Virus record (IMG/VR): IMGVR_UViG_3300009085_000039
Span: 1-50,183 of that record
Strand: one strand, 5' to 3'
DNA: 50,183 bases
DNA from: a virus
Taxonomy: Duplodnaviria > Caudoviricetes
Made by a program: the position numbers and the translations under genes. This document shows, one piece after another, positions 9,705 to 17,938 of this stretch (position 1 is the stretch's first letter; each line of letters begins with the position of its first letter). The notes under the pieces are model-generated. The model worked only from the letters and a program-made list of their open reading frames with translations, did not search any database and was not told the DNA's origin.

Positions 9705-9965
9705 CTAAAAGAAAACATCATCGCCATGACCTATTTTGGGATTATACTCTGTCATTACTGGTTCATCTTTCATAAACAGCGGCACAACGACACTTCCATC
9801 AGGAAGATGACTATGCGCCTGCATAAGCCTTGCAATTCTATTCAACATAGAAACCTCTGATTGAAGTCTTTTGATTTGAGTTCGTAAGCGTTCAGATTTC
9901 TCTATCTCGTTACACTCACTCCAATATTTATCTCTTGCGATTTTCATCTCATTAGTTTCCATCAC
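9705..9965 (-). CDS. Hypothetical protein
   Basis: SD AAGGAGG; coiled-coil-like segment. Confidence 0.7.
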   Translation of the reverse strand: MMETNEMKIARDKYWSECNEIEKSERLRTQIKRLQSEVSMLNRIARLMQAHSHLPDGSVVVPLFMKDEPVMTEYNPKIGHGDDVFF

Positions 9966-10078
9966 TTCCTCCTTAGTTTTATTATTGGTGCCTTCCCTCC
10001 GAACGCGCCAAGAAAGAACGCCTAAATCAACGCAATCAGGAGCAGGTAGAGCGAAGGCCAGAATAAAAGGTGGATCAT
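9962..10078 (-). pseudogene. Small membrane-protein ORF interrupted by an in-frame TAG
   Basis: MIHLLFWPSLYLLLIALI*AFFLGAFGGKAPIIKLRRK*; the final TGA overlaps the next start codon. Confidence 0.4.
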
Positions 10079-10080
10079 GT

Positions 10081-10287
10081 CTAAACGTCTCCGATTTTCT
10101 TGACTGCTTCTTTATTCAAATATCTGATTATCTCATTCACCGACCATCCATTTGGCCCCATAGGAATATGCTTTCTTGTATTATTTACCCAATCTCGTAA
10201 ATCCATATACGCTCCTGGGCAATGGATATGTTCTCCATTAAGATCCCACCCAGCCAAAGGGTAGCTTTCTATATGTTGCAGATTCAT
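10081..10287 (-). CDS. Hypothetical protein
   Basis: SD GGAGG; operon context. Confidence 0.65.
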   Translation of the reverse strand: MNLQHIESYPLAGWDLNGEHIHCPGAYMDLRDWVNNTRKHIPMGPNGWSVNEIIRYLNKEAVKKIGDV

Positions 10288-10318
10288 TTCGCCTCCAATG
10301 TCTTTAATAGCCAGGGGA

Positions 10319-10534
10319 TCATGGTCTGGTCTCCTCCTTAATCATATCGTTTATTATCCTTCTCGTTCGCTCAAAGCAGTAATCAAGAACTGACATAGCA
10401 TCTGAGTTGTGGAGTTCTTCTACGTTATGATATTCTTTTCCTTTGTACTTTACGGTAACGTTTAACTGTTTACGGCCTGGGTAGCAGTATTGCGGTTCAA
10501 TTCTCACTTCAATAGAATCGAGTTCGTTGCTCAT
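10319..10534 (-). CDS. Hypothetical protein
   Basis: ATGA coupling; SD GGAGGTG. Confidence 0.7.
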   Translation of the reverse strand: MSNELDSIEVRIEPQYCYPGRKQLNVTVKYKGKEYHNVEELHNSDAMSVLDYCFERTRRIINDMIKEETRP

Positions 10535-10881
10535 TTCTTCACCTCCAAAAACTCAGCCACCAGCCAGCTAAACCTATCCGGTCGCTCGACCAGAAACCAA
10601 TAAGCAAAGTGCTTCATTTCTTTATCTGGATTAAACTTACTTGCGGCAAAAAGTAAAAACTCATTCCACTCCCCCATCTCCATCAGCTTCTCCGCAAGTG
10701 CCTGACGGTCATCGGGGGCGTCGAAGGGGCGGTTTTCTATACAGGATATATAATACCAGTTACCGCAGGAACATATTTTATGCCCGTCCACGCCATCCTC
10801 TTGTCTTTTAAGCTCATGCCAGCACTCACCTATAAACTCAGTGAGCATCTTCTTTCGTGCTTCGGTCAGGGTGTAGTTCAT
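10531..10881 (-). CDS. Hypothetical phage protein (possible ABA-sandwich-like)
   Basis: ATGA coupling; EFIGECWH...CSCG pattern. Confidence 0.65.
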   Translation of the reverse strand: MNYTLTEARKKMLTEFIGECWHELKRQEDGVDGHKICSCGNWYYISCIENRPFDAPDDRQALAEKLMEMGEWNEFLLFAASKFNPDKEMKHFAYWFLVERPDRFSWLVAEFLEVKK

Positions 10882-11261
10882 GACTTTATCTCCTTCCTCA
10901 CCCAGATAAGTAAATCTATCAGAGCATCTGTGGGGTTGGGACTACCCTTCCTATTAAAAGGAAGATTGATTCCTGTCTCGTAATCCACGTAAAAAGCGTG
11001 CGTAAAATTTATGTTCTTATCCATTTGTAATTCATAAAGTCCTTTTTCTTTTGTCCGAAAAGTCCCCGGCAGCTCCCTCCATACCTCAGCCATGCTAGGG
11101 GCGGGGACCTGCTCCACATGATTCATACCACGAAAGTATAAGTTCCACTCTCTTCGGTCTGGATATTCATAGGGCCTCCAATAGGCTTCCGTTTCCAGCA
11201 CAATCCCTGCATCTATCAGCCTCTTGCTGGCTTCAAGGCTCGCATAGTTTAATGGGTTCAT
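10878..11261 (-). CDS. Conserved-looking hypothetical phage protein
   Basis: SLEASKRLIDAG...PAPSMAEVWRELP...DALIDLLIW; start chosen at the ATGA overlap. Confidence 0.7.
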   Translation of the reverse strand: MNPLNYASLEASKRLIDAGIVLETEAYWRPYEYPDRREWNLYFRGMNHVEQVPAPSMAEVWRELPGTFRTKEKGLYELQMDKNINFTHAFYVDYETGINLPFNRKGSPNPTDALIDLLIWVRKEIKS

Positions 11262-11566
11262 GGCTTCTGCCTCCAATCATAAGTCTCAAAAGTTTGTTTA
11301 TCGGCCAGCCTAGACTGATCCCAGAAGGCGCGGAGTTTGGCAAGTTCATCCTTGAGCGCGGCGATCTCCTTATCCTTCTCTATCGTCAGGGAATAGAGCC
11401 TTGCTGTCTCGGTCTGAAGGTCTGCAATCCGGCGGTCCTTCTCCTCAAGGGCGGCAAGGTAGTCGGGGTAGAGGACAATGTCCCCATCTACATCTTCTTT
11501 GAATCCTGTATCAAAAACACCGGGGCTAATTTCCTTTAAGGCTGTGAAGCTGTATCTCTGTATCAT
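11258..11566 (-). CDS. Hypothetical coiled-coil protein
   Basis: EDVDGDIVLY followed by heptads; SD GGGGG. Confidence 0.65.
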   Translation of the reverse strand: MIQRYSFTALKEISPGVFDTGFKEDVDGDIVLYPDYLAALEEKDRRIADLQTETARLYSLTIEKDKEIAALKDELAKLRAFWDQSRLADKQTFETYDWRQKP

Positions 11567-11582
11567 ATCCCCCCCTGTTGGC

Positions 11583-11837
11583 TCATATCTCTGTTCTCCC
11601 CTCAATATATATAAATGTAGAACCACATGCACTACATTGCAATTTTCCTACATCATTCAAAGAAATAGCCTGCATAGCCTGGATAACGGCATCAATCATT
11701 TCTAATGATACTTGTTCACTCCAGATCTTTTCTGCGGTACGCTGTACTTTTTGCATAAATTCATAATCATATGACCAGTTTGCCTTTTTATCTGGTTCTT
11801 TCGCAGTAGGAACGCTCAGTATTAATCTCTGCATCAT
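11583..11837 (-). CDS. Hypothetical protein with C-terminal CxxC
   Basis: SD AAGGAGG. Confidence 0.65.
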   Translation of the reverse strand: MMQRLILSVPTAKEPDKKANWSYDYEFMQKVQRTAEKIWSEQVSLEMIDAVIQAMQAISLNDVGKLQCSACGSTFIYIEGRTEI

Positions 11838-11855
11838 ACCCCCTCCTTGTGGCGG

Positions 11856-12077
11856 TTAAGCCTTTGCCCTCTTCTTTTCCACCCCGTTAATCTCCTGAAA
11901 CGCATCCTTAAATTCTCCCCGGACTTTGTGGATATACCACAGTATCCACTTGCCGACCTTCAGTAAAACCCAAGTCATACCGCCGATTGAAAGCAGGAAT
12001 ATCCCTAAGATCGCTATTGCACCGCCAAGAGTCCAGGCGGCTTGGCTTAGTCCGGTTAAGATTAGGTTTGAGTCCAT
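11856..12077 (-). CDS. Small membrane protein
   Basis: Long hydrophobic segment; SD AAGGAGG. Confidence 0.65.
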   Translation of the reverse strand: MDSNLILTGLSQAAWTLGGAIAILGIFLLSIGGMTWVLLKVGKWILWYIHKVRGEFKDAFQEINGVEKKRAKA

Positions 12078-12098
12078 CAACGTACCCTCCTTGTGACG

Positions 12099-12236
12099 TT
12101 AATTCTTATGTGACATCCGTAACCCGCTTAAAATCAAAACAATCAATAAAGCAAACCACGGATGCCCCTGGATGACTAAATATGTGATAGAAGCAATCCC
12201 AAAGACTATGATAAGCGCAAATGCGATATGAATCAC
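12099..12236 (-). CDS. Small two-TM membrane protein (45 aa, not in ORF track)
   Basis: GTG start; (M)IHIAFALIIVFGIASITYLVIQGHPWFALLIVLILSGLRMSHKN; GTGA overlap; SD AGGAGG. Confidence 0.6.
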   Translation of the reverse strand: MIHIAFALIIVFGIASITYLVIQGHPWFALLIVLILSGLRMSHKN

Positions 12237-12406
12237 CTCACCCTCCTAAACCACGGCGTAACCGTGTGCGCTGTCTTGCGTTCCCATCTGTTACTCCACC
12301 AAAGCCAGAGAAGGCCGATAGCATGAACAAGCAGCAGCCCAAGGACCAGGACGGCAAGGAACAGACAGATAAACAATATCATGTCGATGTTGGTCAAAGT
12401 TTCCAT
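12233..12406 (-). CDS. Small membrane protein (57 aa, not in ORF track)
   Basis: METLTNIDMILFICLFLAVLVLGLLLVHAIGLLWLWW...; TAATG coupling; SD GGAGG. Confidence 0.65.
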   Translation of the reverse strand: METLTNIDMILFICLFLAVLVLGLLLVHAIGLLWLWWSNRWERKTAHTVTPWFRRVR

Positions 12407-13278
12407 TATTTAACCTCCAAAGTCTTATAGAACGGACACCATGTATTTACGGAGCAGTAGTTTAGGCATTTAGTATTCTCACCGGGACGGAGTTCGACAT
12501 AGTGTGTTTTTGCCGTTCTTTTTTCTTCTAAGTCGGCTCTATCAATAGCTTCTTCATTGGTATCAAAAACCCTTACCGCTTTCTCGACACCTTGCTTCTT
12601 AACCGCATACTTTGTGGGTTTCTCCCATCGCTCAGTTGGCGTACACCAATATTCTACCGGAATTTCTACTGAGGATTGTCCACAAGCGATTTTCTCCGCA
12701 TTTAGGTGTAGGGATACCCTTTCGGAAATAAACGCCTCGCAGGTCGATTTATCCCAAGGTTTATAGGAAATCTGCTTGAAGGGTATTTCGGGATAATCAC
12801 CGGAGCTTCGTTTACGTTCCATCTTATTCCAATCTCTAAGAATGAGCCAATTTGCCAGCCCCGAAACGGGCTTTCCAAGCGATTGGACAAGGTATCCATA
12901 AATTTGAAGCTGTTGCTCCCATTCGCTTTTATCTGCGGCGAATATAACTGACCATACGGAAGTGAATTTGAAATCAATCACTTCTCCGTTGAAGTAATCC
13001 ACAACTCCAACGAGAGTTGCATCCCCGAATGGTTTTTCTATCTTTATTTCTGATACAAGGAAATTGATTTCAAGAGTCTTGTGCCCCATCTTCCCAAGCA
13101 AAGACCACAGATTTTCACTGACATCCTCTTCTATTTCGTGACCGTGTTGCATCGAAAGGATGCGTCTTAAAGGGCTGTCTATCAGTGCCGTAACTGAGAT
13201 TCTACCCGGAACAACCGGACGGCGTTCAACGGTAAGTGCCTTGACTAAAGGTTGGGGCAAATCATAGACGTTAGACAC
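12406..13278 (-). CDS. PD-(D/E)XK exonuclease (Cas4/RecB-like recombination nuclease)
   Basis: ISVTALI, GKMGH, E-x-K, GVVD, IDFK, QLQIY motifs and C-terminal C-x3-C-x5-C; GTG start after SD AAGGAG. Confidence 0.8.
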   Translation of the reverse strand: MSNVYDLPQPLVKALTVERRPVVPGRISVTALIDSPLRRILSMQHGHEIEEDVSENLWSLLGKMGHKTLEINFLVSEIKIEKPFGDATLVGVVDYFNGEVIDFKFTSVWSVIFAADKSEWEQQLQIYGYLVQSLGKPVSGLANWLILRDWNKMERKRSSGDYPEIPFKQISYKPWDKSTCEAFISERVSLHLNAEKIACGQSSVEIPVEYWCTPTERWEKPTKYAVKKQGVEKAVRVFDTNEEAIDRADLEEKRTAKTHYVELRPGENTKCLNYCSVNTWCPFYKTLEVK

Positions 13279-13414
13279 TAGCCTTCTCCTTCCTTCTACC
13301 CTTCGGCGGATTTCTTGAGATATGCATAGATCCATAACAGAGTGCCTCACAGACCGCCAGAAAGAACCATTCCTTTTTCAATAGATACCTCACGATAGAT
13401 ACGATCAGCTTCAT
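13271..13414 (-). CDS. Hypothetical 47-aa protein (not in ORF track)
   Basis: MKLIVSIVRYLLKKEWFF...; overlaps both neighbours. Confidence 0.5.
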   Translation of the reverse strand: MKLIVSIVRYLLKKEWFFLAVCEALCYGSMHISRNPPKGRRKEKASV

Positions 13415-13620
13415 GTTTTGCTCCTTTCCCTAAATGACTTTACAATCTCAAGATCGTTAAGATAGTCTAAAGTAGGTTCATCTACTACGAGAACGTGTGC
13501 CTCAAATGAATCTATTGGGATTTTAAGCCCAATATCTTGGACACTGGCATACATCCTTACAAAGAAAGTGGTGTCGCCGCGCGAAATATCTCTAACAATA
13601 TGACAGACTGCTGTTGGCAT
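13411..13620 (-). CDS. Hypothetical protein
   Basis: Translational coupling on both sides. Confidence 0.6.
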   Translation of the reverse strand: MPTAVCHIVRDISRGDTTFFVRMYASVQDIGLKIPIDSFEAHVLVVDEPTLDYLNDLEIVKSFRERSKT

Positions 13621-13829
13621 TATTTCTTCCCTTTCTTTACCTTCTTGAAATTATTTTTTGTGGGTTTAGTTTTATCTTCTCCAACTACAGTAAGTAAAGA
13701 TTCTATTTTAATATTTTGCCCGATGAAAAGTGCGGTAAGATTCAATAGCCCTTCCGCTACTATCTTTACCGCTTCAATAGCATTTTCATCCCATTTCGTA
13801 CCTATGAACTGACAGTTTTTAATATTCAT
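13620..13829 (-). CDS. Hypothetical protein
   Basis: ATGA overlap; SD GGAGG. Confidence 0.6.
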   Translation of the reverse strand: MNIKNCQFIGTKWDENAIEAVKIVAEGLLNLTALFIGQNIKIESLLTVVGEDKTKPTKNNFKKVKKGKK

Positions 13830-14017
13830 TTCTTGGCCTCCCATAAATCGCAGACACCTGATTTTTCAATTTGCTTATGGCCGACTTGACAGATAAAGAC
13901 CTTGACTTTACATCGACAAGTAAGTGATTCGTGGTCAACCTTCTCTCGGATCGAATCAAGGAAGTTGCAGTTGCCGCACTCTTTCTCGTGGTGTTGAACG
14001 GTGTAATTTCGACTCAT
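13826..14017 (-). CDS. Small Cys-rich protein
   Basis: CGNC...C...VCDLW motif; ATGA overlap. Confidence 0.65.
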   Translation of the reverse strand: MSRNYTVQHHEKECGNCNFLDSIREKVDHESLTCRCKVKVFICQVGHKQIEKSGVCDLWEAKK

Positions 14018-14241
14018 AAAATACTCCTGTTCTCATACAGCCAGTTAATTCTCTTATGGTATTCTAAATTCCAACGTGCCGTCCATGCCAATCGTTCCTT
14101 CTCTGTCCCGCCGCGAAACTTCTTGCCGACAAGTTTATTCGCGTGTTGTTCGGCTTCCTGAATGAAGCTGTCACGGGTAGCGATATAATCAAGGTCGGGA
14201 TGACACCATTGTTCAAGAGAGTAATCAGTAAGGTTTGGCAT
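14014..14241 (-). CDS. Hypothetical protein
   Basis: SD GGGAG; operon context. Confidence 0.65.
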   Translation of the reverse strand: MPNLTDYSLEQWCHPDLDYIATRDSFIQEAEQHANKLVGKKFRGGTEKERLAWTARWNLEYHKRINWLYENRSIL

Positions 14242-14242
14242 A

Positions 14243-14410
14243 TTAACTCCCTATTTCTTTGAAAAACGTGATGGTAATACCGGCGATTTCTATTTCTCTA
14301 ACTATGTTAGTGAATGGTAAAGGTGGTATCTCTTTTAGCTCAATATCCTTCGGTTGGCACATATGTACTGAAATATAGATTTTCTCAGTGGCTCGGATAG
14401 ATATGTCCAT
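14243..14410 (-). CDS. Hypothetical 55-aa protein (not in ORF track)
   Basis: MDISIRATEKIYISVHMC...; SD AGGAGG. Confidence 0.55.
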   Translation of the reverse strand: MDISIRATEKIYISVHMCQPKDIELKEIPPLPFTNIVREIEIAGITITFFKEIGS

Positions 14411-14419
14411 ATCACCCTC

Positions 14420-15022
14420 CTAGAACGGAACGTCTGTTTCTACTGGTGGTTGTTCTTCCGGTTCTGTTTTTTCGGTATGTGCCGAAACCCATTCCGCTGA
14501 TTCGTGAATTTTATCAACAATCCATTTAGGAGTTGCTTCAGGTGGTTCACCGGATTCAATCGCGTAAATTACAGTAGGATTCTCCGATTCCATCTTCTGC
14601 ATACCCTTGTAAAGCGGAAGAATAGCGGAGATGTTAGCATAGGTCTTACCGTCCTTTGAGGTATGAAGCACCTGAATCATTCCATTGACACCGATCAGTT
14701 TGGAGATGTCAAAGCCTTGAAGTTCCTCGGCAGTAAAAGCCCTCCCACGCCATGATTCAAGATATTTACGAAGGTTCGCACGATCACCTAAACTAACGGT
14801 GAATGTTTTACTGACGACTCTCGGAAGTGATAGCGTCTGACCGTCTTTCTGTATTTCAATCCGTTCTGAAGGAATTTCAAAGATGATAAGACATTGATGC
14901 GCCGCCTTATCAAAAGTCTTGTTGTACTGAGTGCCTAAATCGTAAATCGCGTAACAGACCCCTTGATGAACACCGGCAGGAACAGGGTCAAATCCTTTTT
15001 CTTCTCTGGCTGTCAAACCCAT
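14420..15022 (-). CDS. Putative single-stranded DNA-binding / replication protein (NGO0469-like phage family)
   Basis: PAGVHQGVCYAIYDLGTQ, ANLRKYLESWRGRAFT..EL..FD...L.G, acidic tail ending DVPF; SD AAAGGAG. Confidence 0.7.
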   Translation of the reverse strand: MGLTAREEKGFDPVPAGVHQGVCYAIYDLGTQYNKTFDKAAHQCLIIFEIPSERIEIQKDGQTLSLPRVVSKTFTVSLGDRANLRKYLESWRGRAFTAEELQGFDISKLIGVNGMIQVLHTSKDGKTYANISAILPLYKGMQKMESENPTVIYAIESGEPPEATPKWIVDKIHESAEWVSAHTEKTEPEEQPPVETDVPF

Positions 15023-15058
15023 TTTGTTTCTCCTTTCCAATAAATTGGAGGTTAATTG

Positions 15059-15280
15059 TACGGCCCATCGGTTGATTCCATCCGCCTACAACACATTGTG
15101 AGTGCATCACGCCCTTGGAGGCTCACAACTTAGGCCGTATGTAAAAGATCCTCTTTCCTACTGCTCCGTGTTACCAGGATGCCCACTTCCGATTCCTCTT
15201 TCCCCGGCTCCCCGTCTGACTTGAAAGGCCATGTCGGGAGGGTTAAGAGGTTCTGATTCGGCGGGTCTTGGGAAAGAGCT
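15059..15280 (-). ncRNA. Structured 5' leader with boxA-like motifs
   Basis: Nested stems CTCTTTCC/GGAAAGAG, CCTCTT/AAGAGG, CTCCC..G/CGGGAG; second domain TACGGCC/GGCCGTA enclosing TTGTGAG/CTCACAA; no convincing ORF. Confidence 0.5.
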
Positions 15281-15294
15281 TGTTCGTTGGGGGT

Positions 15295-15323
15295 AGTATT
15301 TCATACTTTTTATTCATTGTCAA
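15295..15323 (-). promoter_or_regulatory. Leftward sigma70-type promoter
   Basis: TTGACA-N17-AATACT with TGn extension. Confidence 0.65.
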
Positions 15324-15336
15324 GTGAAAATAGATG

Positions 15337-15364
15337 TTGACATGTAAATATTTTTATGTATAAT
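15337..15364 (+). promoter_or_regulatory. Rightward sigma70-type promoter
   Basis: TTGACA-N16-TATAAT, both hexamers consensus. Confidence 0.8.
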
Positions 15365-15389
15365 GGAATCAAAAAAGAAAGGAGGCACT

Positions 15390-15596
15390 ATGGAAAATAC
15401 AAATAATAAACCGGATACATCCCACAAAATCAAATCGTTGCTTGCTCTTAACGGTAAAAATATGGATACGCTTGCACCTCTTTTGGGTGTCCATGTCATC
15501 ACAATCTATAACCGTATGAAAAGCAATTCCTGGTCGGTTGATGATATAAATAAAATCGCCGCTCATCACAATATTGACCCTAAAGACCTTATCTGA
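15390..15596 (+). CDS. Cro/XRE-like HTH regulator
   Basis: KIKSLLALNGKNMDTLAPLLGVHVITIYNRM HTH pattern; SD AAGGAGG; first gene after the divergent promoters. Confidence 0.75.
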   Translation: MENTNNKPDTSHKIKSLLALNGKNMDTLAPLLGVHVITIYNRMKSNSWSVDDINKIAAHHNIDPKDLI

Positions 15597-15605
15597 GGAT
15601 GCGCC

Positions 15606-16301
15606 ATGTATAGAGGCTACGTTAAACTCTGGCGCAAATCCCTTGACGCCGGATGGTTATCAAACCATAAATTATGGACGTTTTGGTGTTGGTGTCTAAT
15701 GAAAGCATCCTATAAAGAAATGGACATGAGGGTTGGCTATCAAGAAGTTCATTTAATGCCTGGTGATTTTATCTTTGGATTGAACAAGGCATCCTCCGAA
15801 CTACGGATTTCAGTGCAATCCATAAGAACGATCATCACCGCACTCATTTCTACACAAAATATAACAGTCAAACCAACAAACAAGTTTTCTATTATTTCAA
15901 TAAATAATTGGGATACTTATCAGGCTGACGACAAAGACATCAACACTCAAATTAACACGCAACTAACAAACAACCAACAAACAACTAACACTCAACTAAC
16001 AACAAACAAGAATGAAAAGAATGTAAAGAATAAAACATATACCGATGAGTTTTTGAAATTCTATGCCGTGTATCCAAAAAAGGTAGGTAAAGATTTTGCA
16101 TGGAAGGCATGGTTATCCAAAAATGGGACAAGGCCACCTACGGACGTAATTATTTCTGCTATTGAACGGCTAAAAGTTACTGAACAATGGATTAAGAATA
16201 ACGGTCAATATATTCCCAATCCGGCAACATGGTTGAATCGTGGTGGGTGGGATGATGATTACAGTTTATTTAATGGTGATCCATTCAAAGGAGCATTATG
16301 A
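15606..16301 (+). CDS. Phage replication initiator / replisome organiser (lambda O-like layout)
   Basis: GYVKLWRK N-terminus, repetitive linker, C-terminal FLKFYAVYPKKVGK...YIPNPATWLN..GW. Confidence 0.8.
   Translation: MYRGYVKLWRKSLDAGWLSNHKLWTFWCWCLMKASYKEMDMRVGYQEVHLMPGDFIFGLNKASSELRISVQSIRTIITALISTQNITVKPTNKFSIISINNWDTYQADDKDINTQINTQLTNNQQTTNTQLTTNKNEKNVKNKTYTDEFLKFYAVYPKKVGKDFAWKAWLSKNGTRPPTDVIISAIERLKVTEQWIKNNGQYIPNPATWLNRGGWDDDYSLFNGDPFKGAL
15949..16001. repeat. Iteron-like 11-bp periodic repeats (CAACTAACA), candidate replication origin
   Basis: CAACTAACA at 15960, 15982, 15993; CAACCAACA at 15971; degenerate copy at 15949; inside the initiator gene. Confidence 0.6.
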
Positions 16302-17938
16302 CAGTACGAGATTATTTAATCAAAAAGAGTATTGAGTTTAAGATGCGTGGCGATGAAGCGGTAGCGAATTGCCCGTTTTGTTTCGATACGGAAAAGAAGT
16401 TTGCAATCAATGTTAAAAGTGGCGCGTTCAAATGTCTGCATGAAAACTCTTGCGGAGTTTCAGGATCATTTTGGGATTTCCAGAAGAGAATGGGTGATGA
16501 ACCTAAAAGGATAGGAGATAATGTCCATTTTGTTGGAAAGCGAAAATCATATAAAAAAGTAACGGTTACGGTGGCGAAAATAACAAATCCTGTGACGGAG
16601 TATCTTGAAAAGACCCGTGGGTTTTCAAAAGGGACAATAGAATATTTCAATATTGGGGCAAAGGGAACGGATACGGTAGAGATACCGTTCTATAAAAATG
16701 GTGTCCTTGTTAATATAAAGTACCGAAGCATAAAAGATAAACATAACATGTGGCAAGAAAAAGAAGCAGAGCAGGTTTTATTAAATAGGGATAATGTGGA
16801 AGGTGACACGCTTATTATTTGTGAAGGAGAGTATGACTGTATGGCTCTCCATCAGTACGGAATCAAAGCTGTTACGTCCATACCTTCAGGGGCGGGAAAT
16901 TTCGATTGGGTGGAAAACGAATGGGATTATATAGATAAATTTAGACAGATAGTTATTTGCTTTGATGATGATCCAGCAGGTGAAACAAAAGCGAGAGAGC
17001 TTGTCGCAAAGATAGGTAGCTGGAAATGCAAGGGGGTTATCTTCCCGTTCAAGGACGCAAACGAATGTCTAATCAATAATGTTTCAAAGGAAGCAATGGT
17101 TGAATGTATTGAATCGGCTCATGATTTTTCACCGGCAATGCTTTCTACCCCGTCGGCGTTTGCGGATGAAATAAAAGAAGTATTCAGTAATCCAGACAAA
17201 CTTAACGGAACTAAAACAGCATGGCCTAAACTGACAAAACTACTTGGTGGTTGGAGGAACGAAGAACTAACTGTATGGACAGGAAGAAGTGGAGCAGGCA
17301 AGTCAACTATATTAAATCAAGTTGTTCTGTGCCTTGCCGGAGAGGGTATAAATTCGTGCATTGCTTCTCTTGAAATGCCGCCTAAGAGTTACCTTAGATG
17401 GGCTTGTGTCCAGTTACTTGGTAATTGGAATCCATCTTCGGAGGCGGTTGATAGAGCGTTGGCGTTTATGGATAGCCGGTTGTATATCGTAAACACACAT
17501 GAGGAGATAAAAGAGACTGAATTATTCGACATTTTTGAGTATGCGGCACGAAAGCATAATTGTCGGCACATGGTTATTGATAGTCTTGTTAGGGTAGTTC
17601 TTGAATCGAAGGAAGAGCTTGAGGCGCAGAAAAACTTTGTGTCAAAATTGGTGTCATTCTGCAAGAAATTCAGTTGTCACGTTCATTTAGTCGCTCACCC
17701 ACGGAAGGGAATGAAAGATTCAGATAAACCGGATAAATCAGATGTAAAGGGTAATAGCGCGATAACCGATCTTGCTCATAACGTGATTTCGATTTGGAGG
17801 CCAGAAGAAGAATCATTTAAGGACGATCCATTGGGTGACGTCTTGTTGCAAGTATTGAAAAATAGAGAACTTGGGACAACAGGTAAGATAAGGATGAAGT
17901 TCGACAAGATGACAAAAAAGTTTAGTGATGGAGGATAA
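16298..17938 (+). CDS. Primase-helicase (T7 gp4/Twinkle-like)
   Basis: Zn finger CPFC...C..C, TOPRIM EGEYD and FDDD, KDANE, Walker A GRSGAGKST, IDSL, LVAHPRK, KNR. Confidence 0.92.
   Translation: MTVRDYLIKKSIEFKMRGDEAVANCPFCFDTEKKFAINVKSGAFKCLHENSCGVSGSFWDFQKRMGDEPKRIGDNVHFVGKRKSYKKVTVTVAKITNPVTEYLEKTRGFSKGTIEYFNIGAKGTDTVEIPFYKNGVLVNIKYRSIKDKHNMWQEKEAEQVLLNRDNVEGDTLIICEGEYDCMALHQYGIKAVTSIPSGAGNFDWVENEWDYIDKFRQIVICFDDDPAGETKARELVAKIGSWKCKGVIFPFKDANECLINNVSKEAMVECIESAHDFSPAMLSTPSAFADEIKEVFSNPDKLNGTKTAWPKLTKLLGGWRNEELTVWTGRSGAGKSTILNQVVLCLAGEGINSCIASLEMPPKSYLRWACVQLLGNWNPSSEAVDRALAFMDSRLYIVNTHEEIKETELFDIFEYAARKHNCRHMVIDSLVRVVLESKEELEAQKNFVSKLVSFCKKFSCHVHLVAHPRKGMKDSDKPDKSDVKGNSAITDLAHNVISIWRPEEESFKDDPLGDVLLQVLKNRELGTTGKIRMKFDKMTKKFSDGG

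Larger units (their letters stand above)
9225..9998. repeat. Dispersed intergenic direct repeats TGGTGCCTTGCCTA (9225, 9694; variant 9986) and CATCACTTCCTCCTT (9671, 9960)
   Basis: Read directly; copies bracket genes 9236-9676 and 9705-9965. Confidence 0.85.

Noticed and set aside
9225-9998. tRNA genes suggested by GGCACCA 3' ends on the minus strand
   Set aside because: No T-arm or cloverleaf upstream; two of the copies follow protein-coding sequence directly
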